DNA of 64,000 nucleotides from Squalus acanthias (lineage: Eukaryota), in assembly GCA_030390025.1 (NCBI GenBank), contig CM059431.1:141672001-141736000 (forward strand), written 5' to 3'. The notes beneath the pieces were generated by a model. It made no database searches and was not told the origin of the DNA. It saw only the letters and a program-made list of their open reading frames with translations. This document shows positions 12,586 through 26,699 of the stretch, piece after piece. Position 1 is the first letter of the stretch. Every line of letters starts with the position of its first letter. Both the position numbers and the translations under genes were made by a program.

Positions 12586-13779
12586 GTTTAGAGGGAGCGA
12601 AAATAGAGACAGAAGGAAAAGGTACAGACATGGATTCTTTTTTGTTTGTACAGCTCCAACAATAATTACAATCCAAAGGAATGCGACTACACACTTGTAA
12701 AAGTTAATTTTCTGTGCCAGAGAGGTTGTCTGGCATTAGTTAAGACTGATCACGCCGTTAAACAAATAAGTACACTGGAACAGGCAAGCCCTGACTTTTC
12801 CTGGCGAGTTCCATGTGTATCTATTAGTTAAGTACAGTAATGTTACGCCATTCCATGCATTTCAATGGCGAGTCTCTCGGCGAGATACCATTCTCGCGCA
12901 GCTTTTGGAGCAGCAGGGCAACTCGGACAGGACCTTCCTGATTTTCGTGTTTAACTCCGCATGTGCGGTCGCTGGAAATTACTGTCCAATTTACACTTTA
13001 ATAACAGTGAGCGCTGTTAGCCCCACCGTTATTTCTACTGCAAAATCTGGTCTGTTACAAAAATATGAAACTAACAATATTTCATCCCCCAGTCACTCAC
13101 TCTGAACAAAATGATACAGAAACCAAACCATTAAAGTGAGCGGATGGAAAATGACAGACTGAGAAATCTCAATTTCCTGATGTTCCTCCCTGGGAGGTGA
13201 CGTCCCACACCAAGAGCACAGGGGCTGGTAATTTACCCAGTAGTGTATAATTTTGGACAATCTATTTATACAATGTAAAAGCAATGGAAAAACTGGCGTG
13301 CCATTGCACTAGGATGTTAGCAGGGCTGTGGAGTTACTGTTAGAGACTGCGATTTGAGAACGTTGGACTCATTCCACTAGAGGTGAGCAGATTAAGTGAG
13401 GAGTTGCTGCAAGTCTTCAGATTCTGAAGTTACGATCAAAAAAATTGTTACTGATAGTTTCCACTGATTGGTCATAGGGCACATATTTCGGCTAATTCGA
13501 AGAATTCGCGGTGAAGGTTGATAAATTTATTTAAACTCGAGGCGGTTAGAAAGCATAATCCAATCGCACAGACTATTGTGGAAGCAAGTCGACAATTTTT
13601 TGAAAAAATCTATTTCTATTGCTGCATGGATAGAAAGGAATGCTGGAGTATCGAGAGTGAACAGAAGATTGCACCTGGACTAATTGGGATACTAATCATA
13701 ATGCGGTCAGCAGGAGTTTGGGATTAGATGGGCTTTTTTAAGGACACCAAATGGACAGGAAATTGTCATTAGATCCAGA

Positions 13780-16700
13780 GGCATATTAACAGTAATGGGT
13801 AGTGAGCAGGAGGTTGGGATTAGACTAGGTGCGATATTAACGGTAATGGGCAGTGAGCAGGAGGTTGGGATTAGACTAGGTGGGATATTAACAGTAATGC
13901 GTAGTGAGCAGGAGGTTGGGATTAGACTAGGTGGGATATTAACGGTAATGGGCAGTGAGCAGGAGGTGGGGATTAGACTAGGTGGGATATTAACGGTAAT
14001 GGGTAGTGAGCAGGAGGTTGGGATTAGACTAGGTGGGATATTAACGGTAATGGGCAGTGAGCAGGAGGTTGGGATTAGACTAAGTGGGATATTAACAGTA
14101 ATGGTAGTGAGCAGGAGGTTGGGATTAGACTAGGTGTGATATTAACAGTAATGGGTAGTGAGCAGGAGGTTGGGATCAGACTAGGTGGGATATTAACGGT
14201 AATGGGTAGTGAGCAGGGGGTTGGGATTAGATTAGGTGGGATATTAACGGTAATGGGTAGTGAGCAGGAGGTTGGGATTAGACTAGGTGGGATATTAACA
14301 GTAATGGGTAGTGAGCAGGGGGTTGGGATTAGACTAGGTGGGATATTGACGGTAATGGGCAGTGAGCAGGAGGTTGCGATTAGACTAGGTGGGATATTAA
14401 CGGTAATGGGTAGTGAGCAGGAGGTTGGGATTAGACTAGGTGGGATATTGACGGTAATGGGCAGTGAGCAGGGGGTTGGGATTCGACTAGGTGGGGTATT
14501 ACGGTAATGGGTAGTGAGCAGGAGGTTGGGATTAGACTAGGTGGGGTATTAACGGTAATGGGTAGTGAGCAGGAGGTTGGGATCAGACTAGGTGGGATAT
14601 TAACTGTAATGGGCAGTGAGCAGGAGGTTGGGATTAAACTAGGTGGGATATTAACAGTAATGGGCAGTGAGCAGGGGTTGGGATTAGACTAGGTGGGATA
14701 TTAACGGTAATGGGTAGTGAGCAGGAGGTTGGGATTAGACTCGGTGGGATATTAACGGTAATGGGCAGTGAGCAGGAGGTTGGGATTAGACTAGGTGGGA
14801 TATTAACGGTAATGGGTAGTGAGCAGGAGGTTGGGATTAGACTCGGTGGGATATTAACGGTAATGGGCAGTGAGCAGGAGGTTGGGATTAGACTAGGTGG
14901 GATATTAACGGGAATGGGTAGTGAGCAGGAGGTTGGGATTAGGCTAGGTGGGATATTAATGGTAAAGGGTACTGAGCAGGTGGTTGGGATTAGACTAGGT
15001 GGGATATTAACGGAAATGGGGAATGAGCAGGACGTTGGGATTCGGCTAGGTGGGATATTAACGGTAAAGGGTACTGAGCAGGTGGTTGGGATTAGACTAG
15101 GTAGGATATTAACGGTAATGGGTAGTGAGCAGGAGGTTGGGATTAGACTAGGTGGGATATTAACGGAAATGGGCAGTGAGCAGGAGGTTGGGATTAGACT
15201 AGGTGGGTTATTAACAGTAATGGGGAATGAGCAGGAGGTTGGGATTAGACTGGGAGGGATATTAACGGTAAAGGATACTGAGTAGGTGGTTAGGATTAGA
15301 CTAGGTGGGATATTAACGGGAATGGGCAGTGAGCAGGAGTTTGGGATTAGACTAGGTGGGATATTAACGGTAATGGGCAGTGAGCAGGAGATTGGGATTA
15401 GACTAGGTGGGATATTATCAGTAATGGGTTGTGAGCAGGAGGTTGGGATTAGACGAGGAGGGACATTAACAGTATTGGGTAGTGAGCAGAAGGTTGGGAT
15501 TAGACTCGGTGGGATATTAACGGTAATGGGTAGTGAGCAGGAGGTTGGGATTAGACGAGGCGGGATATTAACGGTAATGGGCAGTGAGCAGGAGCTGGTG
15601 ATTAGACTAGGTGTGATATTACCAGTAATGGGTAGTGAGCAGGAGGTTGGGATTAGACTAGGTGGGATATTAACGGTAATGGGTAGTGAGCAGGAGGTTG
15701 GGATTAGACTCGGTGGGATATTAACGGTAATGGGCAGTGAGCAGGAGGTTGGGATTAGACTAGGTGGGATATTAACGGTAATGGGTAGTGAGCAGGAGGT
15801 TGGGATTAGACTCGGTGGGATATTAACGGTAATGGGCAGTGAGCAGGAGGTTGGGATTAGACTAGGTGGGAAATTAACGGGAATGGGTAGTGAGCAGGAG
15901 GTTGGGATTAGGCTAGGTGGGATATTAATGGTAAAGGGTACTGAGCAGGTGGTTGGGATTAGACTAGGTGGGATATTAACGGAAATGGGGAATGAGCAGG
16001 ACGTTGGGATTCGGCTAGGTGGGATATTAACGGTAAAGGGTACTGAGCAGGTGGTTGGGATTAGACTAGGTGGGATATTAACGGTAATGGGTAGTGAGCA
16101 GGAGGTTGGGATTAGACAAGGTGGGATATTAACGGAAATGGGCAGTGAGCAGGAGGTTGGGATTAGACTAGGTGGGTTATTAACAGTAATGGGGAATGAG
16201 CAGGAGGTTGGGATTAGACTGGGAGGGATATTAACGGTAAAGGATACTGAGTAGGTGGTTAGGATTAGACTAGGTGGGATATTAACGGGAATGGGCAGTG
16301 AGCAGGAGTTTGGGATTAGACTAGGTGGGATATTAACGGTAATGGGAAGTGAGCAGGAGATTGGGATTAGACTAGGTGGGATATTAACAGTAATGGGTTG
16401 TGAGCAGGAGGTTGGGATTAGACGAGGAGGGACATTAACAGTATTGGGTAGTGAGCAGGAGGTTGGGATTAGACTCGGTGGGATATTAACGGTAATGGGT
16501 AGTGAGCAGGAGGTTGGGATTAGACGAGGCGGGATATTAACGGTAATGGGCAGTGAGCAGGAGCTGGTGATTAGACTAGGTGTGATATTACCAGTAATGG
16601 GTAGTGAGCAGGAGGTTGGGATTAGACTAGGTGGGATATTAGCGGTAATGGGTAGTGAGCAGGAGGTCGGGATTAGACTAGGTGGGATATTAACAGTAAT

Positions 16701-19700
16701 GGGCAGTGAGCAGGCGGTTGCGATTAGACTAGGTGAGATATTAACGGTAATGGGTAGTGAGCAGGAGGTTGGGATTAGGCTTCGTGGGATATTAACGGTA
16801 ATGGGTAGTGAGCAGGAGGTTGGGATTAGACTAGGTGGGATATTAACAGTAATGGGTAGTGAGCAGGAGGTTGGGATTAGACTAGGTGGGATATTAACGG
16901 TAAAGGGTAGTGAGCAGGAGGTTGGGATTAGACTAGGTGGGATATTAACAGTAATGGGTAGCGAGCAGGAGGTTGGGATTAGACTAGGTAGGATATTAAC
17001 GGTAATGGGCAGTGAGCAGGAGGTTGGGATTAGACTACGTGGGATATTAACAGTAATGGGCAGTGAGCAGGAGGTTGGGATTAGACTAGGTGGGATATTA
17101 ACAGTAATGGGTAGTGAGCAGGGGGTTGGGATTAGATTAGGTGGGATATTAACGGTAATGGGTAGTGAGCAGGAGATTGGGATTAGACTAGGTGGGATAT
17201 TAACAGTAATGGGTTGTGAGCAGGAGGTTGGGATTAGACGAGGAGGGACATTAACAGTATTGGGTAGTGAGCAGGAGGTTGGGATTAGACTCGGTGGGAT
17301 ATTAACGGTAATGGGTAGTGAGCAGGAGGTTGGGATTAGACGAGGCGGGATATTAACGGTAATGGGCAGTGAGCAGGAGCTGGTGATTAGACTAGGTGTG
17401 ATATTACCAGTAATGGGTAGTGAGCAGGAGGTTGGGATTAGACTAGGTGGGATATTAGCGGTAATGGGTAGTGAGCAGGAGGTCGGGATTAGACTAGGTG
17501 GGATATTAACAGTAATGGGCAGTGAGCAGGCGGTTGCGATTAGACTAGGTGAGATATTAACGGTAATGGGTAGTGAGCAGGAGGTTAGGATTAGGCTTCG
17601 TGGGATATTAACGGTAATGGGTAGTGAGCAGGAGGTTGGGATTAGACTAGGTGGGATATTAACAGTAATGGGTAGTGAGCAGGAGGTTGGGATTAGACTA
17701 GGTGGGATATTAACGGTAAAGGGTAGTGAGCAGGAGGTTGGGATTAGACTAGGTGGGATATTAACAGTAATGGGTAGCGAGCAGGAGGTTGGGATTAGAC
17801 TAGGTAGGATATTAACGGTAATGGGCAGTGAGCAGGAGGTTGGGATTAGACTACGTGGGATATTAACAGTAATGGGCAGTGAGCAGGAGGTTGGGATTAG
17901 ACTAGGTGGGATATTAACAGTAATGGGTAGTGAGCAGGGGGTTGGGATTAGATTAGGTGGGATATTAACGGTAATGGGTAGTGAGCAGGAGGTTGGGATT
18001 AGACTAGGTGGGATATTAACAGTAATGGGTAGTGAGCAGGGGGTTGGGATTAGACTAGGTGGGATATTGACGGTAATGGGCAGTGAGCAGGAGGTTGCGA
18101 TTAGACTAGGTGGGATATTAACGGTAATGGGTAGTGAGCAGGAGGTTGGGATTAGACTAGGTGGGATATTGACGGTAATGGGCAGTGAGCAGGGGGTTGG
18201 GATTCGACTAGGTGGGGTATTACGGTAATGGGTAGTGAGCAGGAGGTTGGAATTGGACTTGGTGGGATATTAACGGTAATGGGCAGTGAGCAGGAGGTTG
18301 GGATTAGACTAGGTGGGATATTAACCGGAATGGGTAGTGAGCAGGAGGTTGGGATTAGACTAGGTGGGATATTAACGGTAATGGGCAGTGAGCAGGAGGT
18401 TGGGATTAGACTAGGTGGGATATTAATAGTAATGGGTACTGAGCAGGAGGTTGGGATTAGACTAGGTGTGATATTAACGGTTATGGGTAGTGAGCAGCAG
18501 GTTGGGATTAGACTAGGTGGGATATTAACGGAAATGGGGATGAGCAGGAGGTTGGGATTAGGCTAGGTGGGATATTAATGGTAAAGGGTACTGAGCAGGT
18601 GGTTGGGATTAGACTAGGTGGGATATTAACGGAAATGGGGAATGAGCAGGAGGTTGGGATTCGGCTAGGTGGGATATTAACGGTAAAGGGTACTGAGCAG
18701 GTGGTTGGGATTAGACTAGGTGGGATATTAACGGTAATGGGTAGTGAGCAGGAGGTTGGGATTAGACTAGGTGGGATATTAACGGAAATGGGCAGTGAGC
18801 AGGAGATTGGGATTAGACTAGGTGGGATATTAACAGTAATGGGGAATGAGCAGGAGGTTGGGATTAGACTGGGAGGGATATTAACGGTAAAGGATACTGA
18901 GTAGGTGGTTAGGATTAGACTAGGTGGGATATTAACGGGAATGGGCAGTGAGCAGGAGTTTGGGATTAGACTAGGTGGGATATTAACGGTAATGGGCAGT
19001 GAGCAGGAGATTGGGATTAGACTAGGTGGGATATTAACGGTAAAGGGTAGTGAGCAGGAGGTTGGGATTAGACTAGGTGGGATATTAACAGTAATGGGTA
19101 GCGAGCAGGAGGTTGGGATTAGACTAGGTAGGATATTAACGGTAATGGGCAGTGAGCAGGAGGTTGGGATTAGACTAGGTATGATATTAACAGTAATGGG
19201 TAGTGAGCCGGGGGTTGGGATTAGATTAGGTGGGATATTAACGGTAATGGGTAGTGAGCAGGAGGTTGGGATTAGACTAGGTGGGATATTAATAGTAATG
19301 GGTAGTGAGCAGGGGGTTGGGATTAGACTAGGTGGGATATTGACGGTAATGGGCAGTGAGCAGGAGGTTGCGATTAGACTAGGTGGGATATTAACGGTAA
19401 TGGGTAGTGAGCAGGAGGTTGGGATTAGACTCGGTGGGATATTAACGGTAATGGGCAGTGAGCAGGAGGTTGGGATTAGACTAGGTGGGATATTAACGGG
19501 AATGGGTAGTGAGCAGGAGGTTGGGATTAGGCTAGGTGGGATATTAATGGTAAAGGGTACTGAGCAGGTGGTTGGGATTAGACTAGGTGGGATATTAACG
19601 GAAATGGGGAATGAGCAGGACGTTGGGATTCGGCTAGGTGGGATATTAACGGTAAAGGGTACTGAGCAGGTGGTTGGGATTAGACTAGGTAGGATATTAA

Positions 19701-22700
19701 CGGTAATGGGTAGTGAGCAGGAGGTTGGGATTAGACTAGGTGGGATATTAACGGAAATGGGCAGTGAGCAGGAGGTTGGGATTAGACTAGGTGGGTTATT
19801 AACAGTAATGGGGAATGAGCAGGAGGTTGGGATTAGACTGGGAGGGATATTAACGGTAAAGGATACTGAGTAGGTGGTTAGGATTAGACTAGGTGGGATA
19901 TTAACGGGAATGGGCAGTGAGCAGGAGTTTGGGATTAGACTAGGTGGGATATTAACGGTAATGGGCAGTGAGCAGGAGATTGGGATTAGACTAGGTGGGA
20001 TATTAACAGTAATGGGTTGTGAGCAGGAGGTTGGGATTAGACGAGGAGGGAGATTAACAGTATTGGGTAGTGAGCAGGAGGTTGGGATTAGACTCGGTGG
20101 GATATTAACGGTAATGGGTAGTGAGCAGGAGGTTGGGATTAGACGAGGCGGGATATTAACGGTAATGGGCAGTGAGCAGGAGCTGGTGATTAGACTAGGT
20201 GTGATATTACCAGTAATGGGTAGTGAGCAGGAGGTTGGGATTAGACTAGGTGGGATATTAACGGTAATGGGTAGTGAGCAGGAGGTTGGGATTAGACTCG
20301 GTGGGATATTAACGGTAATGGGCAGTGAGCAGGAGGTTGGGATTAGACTAGGTGGGATATTAACGGTAATGGGTAGTGAGCAGGAGGTTGGGATTAGACT
20401 CGGTGGGATATTAACGGTAATGGGCAGTGAGCAGGAGGTTGGGATTAGACTAGGTGGGAAATTAACGGGAATGGGTAGTGAGCAGGAGGTTGGGATTAGG
20501 CTAGGTGGGATATTAATGGTAAAGGGTACTGAGCAGATGGTTGGGATTAGACTAGGTGGGATATTAACGGAAATGGGGAATGAGCAGGACGTTGGGATTC
20601 GGCTAGGTGGGATATTAACGGTAAAGGGTACTGAGCAGGTGGTTGGGATTAGACTAGGTGGGATATTAACGGTAATGGGTAGTGAGCAGGAGGTTGGGAT
20701 TAGACAAGGTGGGATATTAACGGAAATGGGCAGTGAGCAGGAGGTTGGGATTAGACTAGGTGGGTTATTAACAGTAATGGGGAATGAGCAGGAGGTTGGG
20801 ATTAGACTGGGAGGGATATTAACGGTAAAGGATACTGAGTAGGTGGTTAGGATTAGACTAGGTGGGATATTAACGGGAATGGGCAGTGAGCAGGAGTTTG
20901 GGATTAGACTAGGTGGGATATTAACGGTAATGGGAAGTGAGCAGGAGATTGGGATTAGACTAGGTGGGATATTAACAGTAATGGGTTGTGAGCAGGAGGT
21001 TGGGATTAGACGAGGAGGGACATTAACAGTATTGGGTAGTGAGCAGGAGGTTGGGATTAGACTCGGTGGGATATTAACGGTAATGGGTAGTGAGCAGGAG
21101 GTTGGGATTAGACGAGGCGGGATATTAACGGTAATGGGCAGTGAGCAGGAGCTGGTGATTAGACTAGGTGTGATATTACCAGTAATGGGTAGTGAGCAGG
21201 AGGTTGGGATTAGACTAGGTGGGATATTAGCGGTAATGGGTAGTGAGCAGGAGGTCGGGATTAGACTAGGTGGGATATTAACAGTAATGGGCAGTGAGCA
21301 GGCGGTTGCGATTAGACTAGGTGAGATATTAACGGTAATGGGTAGTGAGCAGGAGGTTGGGATTAGGCTTCGTGGGATATTAACGGTAATGGGTAGTGAG
21401 CAGGAGGTTGGGATTAGACTAGGTGGGATATTAACAGTAATGGGTAGTGAGCAGGAGGTTGGGATTAGACTAGGTGGGATATTAACGGTAAAGGGTAGTG
21501 AGCAGGAGGTTGGGATTAGACTAGGTGGGATATTAACAGTAATGGGTAGCGAGCAGGAGGTTGGGATTAGACTAGGTAGGATATTAACGGTAATGGGCAG
21601 TGAGCAGGAGGTTGGGATTAGACTACGTGGGATATTAACAGTAATGGGCAGTGAGCAGGAGGTTGGGATTAGACTAGGTGGGATATTAACAGTAATGGGT
21701 AGTGAGCAGGGGGTTGGGATTAGATTAGGTGGGATATTAACGGTAATGGGTAGTGAGCAGGAGGTTGGGATTAGACTAGGTGGGATATTAACAGTAATGG
21801 GTTGTGAGCAGGAGGTTGGGATTAGACGAGGAGGGACATTAACAGTATTGGGTAGTGAGCAGGAGGTTGGGATTAGACTCGGTGGGATATTAACGGTAAT
21901 GGGTAGTGAGCAGGAGGTTGGGATTAGACGAGGCGGGATATTAACGGTAATGGGCAGTGAGCAGGAGCTGGTGATTAGACTAGGTGTGATATTACCAGTA
22001 ATGGGTAGTGAGCAGGAGGTTGGTATTAGACTAGGTGGGATATTAGCGGTAATGGGTAGTGAGCAGGAGGTCGGGATTAGACTAGGTGGGATATTAACAG
22101 TAATGGGCAGTGAGCAGGCGGTTGCGATTAGACTAGGTGAGATATTAACGGTAATGGGTAGTGAGCAGGAGGTTGGGATTAGGCTTCGTGGGATATTAAC
22201 GGTAATGGGTAGTGAGCAGGAGGTTGGGATTAGACTAGGTGGGATATTAACAGTAATGGGTAGTGAGCAGGAGGTTGGGATTAGACTAGGTGGGATATTA
22301 ACGGTAAAGGGTAGTGAGCAGGAGGTTGGGATTAGACTAGGTGGGATATTAACAGTAATGGGTAGCGAGCAGGAGGTTGGGATTAGACTAGGTAGGATAT
22401 TAACGGTAATGGGCAGTGAGCAGGAGGTTGGGATTAGACTACGTGGGATATTAACAGTAATGGGCAGTGAGCAGGAGGTTGGGATTAGACTAGGTGGGAT
22501 ATTAACAGTAATGGGTAGTGAGCAGGGGGTTGGGATTAGATTAGGTGGGATATTAACGGTAATGGGTAGTGAGCAGGAGGTTGGGATTAGACTAGGTGGG
22601 ATATTAACAGTAATGGGTAGTGAGCAGGGGGTTGGGATTAGACTAGGTGGGATATTGACGGTAATGGGCAGTGAGCAGGAGGTTGCGATTAGACTAGGTG

Positions 22701-25597
22701 GGATATTAACGGTAATGGGTAGTGAGCAGGAGGTTTGGATTAGACTAGGTGGGATATTGACGGTAATGGGCAGTGAGCAGGGGGTTGGGATTCGACTAGG
22801 TGGGGTATTACGGTAATGGGTAGTGAGCAGGAGGTTGGAATTGGACTTGGTGGGATATTAACGGTAATGGGCAGTGAGCAGGAGGTTGGGATTAGACTAG
22901 GTGGGATATTAACCGGAATGGGTAGTGAGCAGGAGGTTGGGATTAGACTAGGTGGGATATTAACGGTAATGGGCAGTGAGCAGGAGGTTGGGATTAGACT
23001 AGGTGGGATATTAATAGTAATGGGTACTGAGCAGGAGGTTGGGATTAGACTAGGTGTGATATTAACGGTTATGGGTAGTGAGCAGCAGGTTGGGATTAGA
23101 CTAGGTGGGATATTAACGGAAATGGGGAATGAGCAGGAGGTTGGGATTAGGCTAGGTGGGATATTAATGGTAAAGGGTACTGAGCAGGTGGTTGGGATTA
23201 GACTAGGTGGGATATTAACGGAAATGGGGAATGAGCAGGAGGTTGGGATTCGGCTAGGTGGGATATTAACGGTAAAGGGTACTGAGCAGGTGGTTGGGAT
23301 TAGACTAGGTGGGATATTAACGGTAATGGGTAGTGAGCAGGAGGTTGGGATTAGACTAGGTGGGATATTAACGGAAATGGGCAGTGAGCAGGAGGTTGGG
23401 ATTAGACTAGGTGGGATATTAACAGTAATGGGGAATGAGCAGGAGGTTGGGATTAGACTGGGAGGGATATTAACGGTAAAGGATACTGAGTAGGTGGTTA
23501 GGATTAGACTAGGTGGGATATTAACGGGAATGGGCAGTGAGCAGGAGTTTGGGATTAGACTAGGTGGGATATTAACGGTAATGGGCAGTGAGCAGGAGAT
23601 TGGGATTAGACTAGGTGGGATATTAACGGTAAAGGGTAGTGAGCAGGAGGTTGGGATTAGACTAGGTGGGATATTAACAGTAATGGGTAGCGAGCAGGAG
23701 GTTGGGATTAGACTAGGTAGGATATTAACGGTAATGGGCAGTGAGCAGGAGGTTGGGATTAGACTAGGTATGATATTAACAGTAATGGGTAGTGAGCCGG
23801 GGGTTGGGATTAGATTAGGTGGGATATTAACGGTAATGGGTAGTGAGCAGGAGGTTGGGATTAGACTAGGTGGGATATTAATAGTAATGGGTAGTGAGCA
23901 GGGGGTTGGGATTAGACTAGGTGGGATATTGACGGTAATGGGCAGTGAGCAGGAGGTTGCGATTAGACTAGGTGGGATATTAACGGTAATGGGTAGTGAG
24001 CAGGAGGTTGGGATTAGACTAGGTGGGATATTGACGGTAATGGGCAGTGAGCAGGGGGTTGGGATTCCACTAGGTGGGGTATTACGGTAATGGGTAATGA
24101 GCAGGAAGTTGGAATTGGACTTGGTGGGATATTAACGGTAATGGGCAGTGAGCAGGAGGTTGGGATTAGACTAGGTGGGATATTAACCGGAATGGGTAGT
24201 GAGCAGGAGGTTGGGATTAGACTCGGTGGGATATTAACGGTAATGGGCAGTGAGCAGGAGGTTGGGATTAGACTAGGTGGGATATTAATAGTAATGGGTA
24301 CTGAGCAGGAGGTTGGGATTAGACTAGGTGGGATATTAACGGTTATGGGTAGTGAGCAGCAGGTTGGGATTAGACTAGGTGGGATATTAACGGAAATGGG
24401 GAATGAGCAGGAGGTTGGGATTAGGCTAGGTGGGATATTAATGGTAAAGGGTACTGAGCAGGTGGTTGGGATTAGACTAGGTGGGATATTAACGGAAATG
24501 GGGAATGAGCAGGAGGTTGGGATTCGGCTAGGTGGGATATTAACGGTAAAGGGTACTGAGCAGGTGGTTGGGATTAGACTAGGTGGGATATTAACGGTAA
24601 TGGGTAGTGAGCAGGAGGTTGGGATTAGACTAGGTGGGATATTAACGGAAATGGGCAGTGAGCAGGAGGTTGGGATTAGACTAGGTGGGATATTAACAGT
24701 AATGGGGAATGAGCAGGAGGTTGGGATTAGACTGGGAGGGATATTAACGGTAAAGGATACTGAGTAGGTGGTTAGGATTAGACTAGGTGGGATATTAACG
24801 GGAATGGGCAGTGAGCAGGAGTTTGGGATTAGACTAGGTGGGATATTAACGGTAATGGGCAGTGAGCAGGAGATTGGGATTAGACTAGGTGGGATATTAA
24901 CAGTAATGGGTTGTGAGCAGGAGGTTGGGATTAGACGAGGAGGGACATTAACAGTATTGGGTAGTGAGCAGGAGGTTGGGATTAGACTCGGTGGGATATT
25001 AACGATAATGGGTAGTGAGCAGGAGGTTGGGATTAGACGAGTCGGGATATTAACGGTAATGGGCAGTGAGCAGGAGCTGGTGATTAGACTAGGTGTGATA
25101 TTACCAGTAATGGGTAGTGAGCAGGAGGTTGGGATTAGACTAGGTGGGATATTAGCGGTAATGGGTAGTGAGCAGGAGGTCGGGATTAGACTAGGTGGGA
25201 TATTAACAGTAATGGGCAGTGAGCAGGAGGTTGCGATTAGACAAGGTGAGATATTAACGGTAATGTGTAGTGAGCAGGAGGTTGGGAATTAGACTAGGTG
25301 AGATATTAACGGTAATGGGCAGTGAGCAGGAGGTTGGGATTAGACTTGGTGGGATATTAACGGTAATGGGTAGTGAGCAGGAGGTTGGGATTAGGCTAGG
25401 TGGGATATTAATGGAAATGGGCAGTGAGCAGGAGGTTGGGATTAGACTAGGTGGGATATTAACGCTAATGGGCAGTGAGCAGGAGGGTGGGATTAGACTA
25501 GGTGGGATATCATCAGGAATGGGTGGTGAGCAGGAGGTTGGGATTAGACTAGGTGGGATATTAACAGTAATGGGTAGTGAGCAGGAGGTTGGGATGA
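13780..25597. repeat. 51-bp satellite (ATGGGTAGTGAGCAGGAGGTTGGGATTAGACTAGGTGGGATATTAACGGTA), ~230 copies, with higher-order repeats, in NLR-A intron 2
   Basis: Visible units; 17-aa periodic ORFs; variant blocks recur at 816, 969, 1274 and 4588 bp. Confidence 0.97.
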
Positions 25598-26355
25598 GAG
25601 TAAATTGCCTAGATTATCAACTTGGAAAGTTGGTATCAGGTCGACCGTCCATTATACACCCTGCCCGATTATCATTTCCATTTAGTTCTATTCCATTAAA
25701 GGTAACTGACAGAACATTACAGGCTGCTTGCTGTAATTTCCTGAAGTGCTGTCCCGGGGAGTGACGCTCCACGACAGGTTCTACCGCCCGGATTGAGTCT
25801 CTGCCGAAGTTGGAATTGACCCCCGGTGATGCAGGGGGAGGAAAAACCTGCACAGCCTCGGGTTTTCAATCCACATTTTTGGGGGTTTAGTTGTCCTGTT
25901 TGGGTCTCATACATTTTAGCCATTTTACCCTTTTGTTTTTGTTCTTGAAGAGCCTCTCATTTACTGCGCAGATTATTCTTCTCATCTCTCAGTTCCTTCA
26001 TTTCCATTAAGTAGTTCCAGGTCAGTAAACTCATGACCTTCCATTTAATCCCGGTTACTTGCCTCTGGTCTCTCCTTTTCCCAGTCCCACTAAAACTGTT
26101 TCCCTTTGTTTTCAGTCCACACAAGAGTTATACCAGGACCATTCCCCTGTCCTTTGTACAGATACTGTCGGATCCGCTGGGTATTTTCACCTCTTCATAT
26201 CATAGCTTCAGATTCACAATATTTTCAGTTTTATACATTTCTTTCCTATTTGACCTGTTTCTCTTCTGTAACATTCTATGATTCTAAGATCTGATTTCCT
26301 GTCAGTTCTGTGATGTTTGAATAATTCAAACTCATTCTGTGTCCCTCCCACTCAC

Positions 26356-26522
26356 CCGATGTTCTTGTCCACTGAAATGCCTCTCATATGTTAACAACGA
26401 GCTGACTCCGTCCACCCCTCCTTCAATCGCCTGTTCCAGTCTGGCCCGGTAGAATTTCGTGAACTGGAACAGCTGGTAATCGTCGCACTTTGTCAAGAAC
26501 TCAGTGATTGTAGAGTTCGGAT
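26356..26522 (-). CDS. NLR-A coding exon 2 (N-terminal half of CARD-like death fold)
   Basis: gttcacag|ATCCG...CATCGG|gtgagt; DPNSTITEFLTKCDDYQLFQFTKFYRARLEQAIEGGVDGVSSLLTYERHFSGQEHR; 167 nt, phase 1/0; paralogue at 62787-62953. Confidence 0.9.
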
Positions 26523-26699
26523 CTGTGAACACAAATGGAGAAAATTAAACACATTATCCACTTTCTGCCCAGCTGCTACATTTCATCTTATACCAAACGG
26601 CTAAAGCTTCCTGTAAGCCACATTATCAATCACCTTCAGAAAACCCATACGCACGTCATGTACGACATTCCTTTGACCTGTATATAGTCACGTCTCAAC

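Noticed and set aside
13795..25764. Long 17-aa repeat ORFs (up to 657 aa, MGSEQEVGIRLGGILTV) as a repeat-protein gene
   Set aside because: The unit is 51 nt (3x17), so one frame stays open automatically. Stops and frameshifts are copied along with the higher-order repeats, and the array is intronic and antisense to NLR-A.
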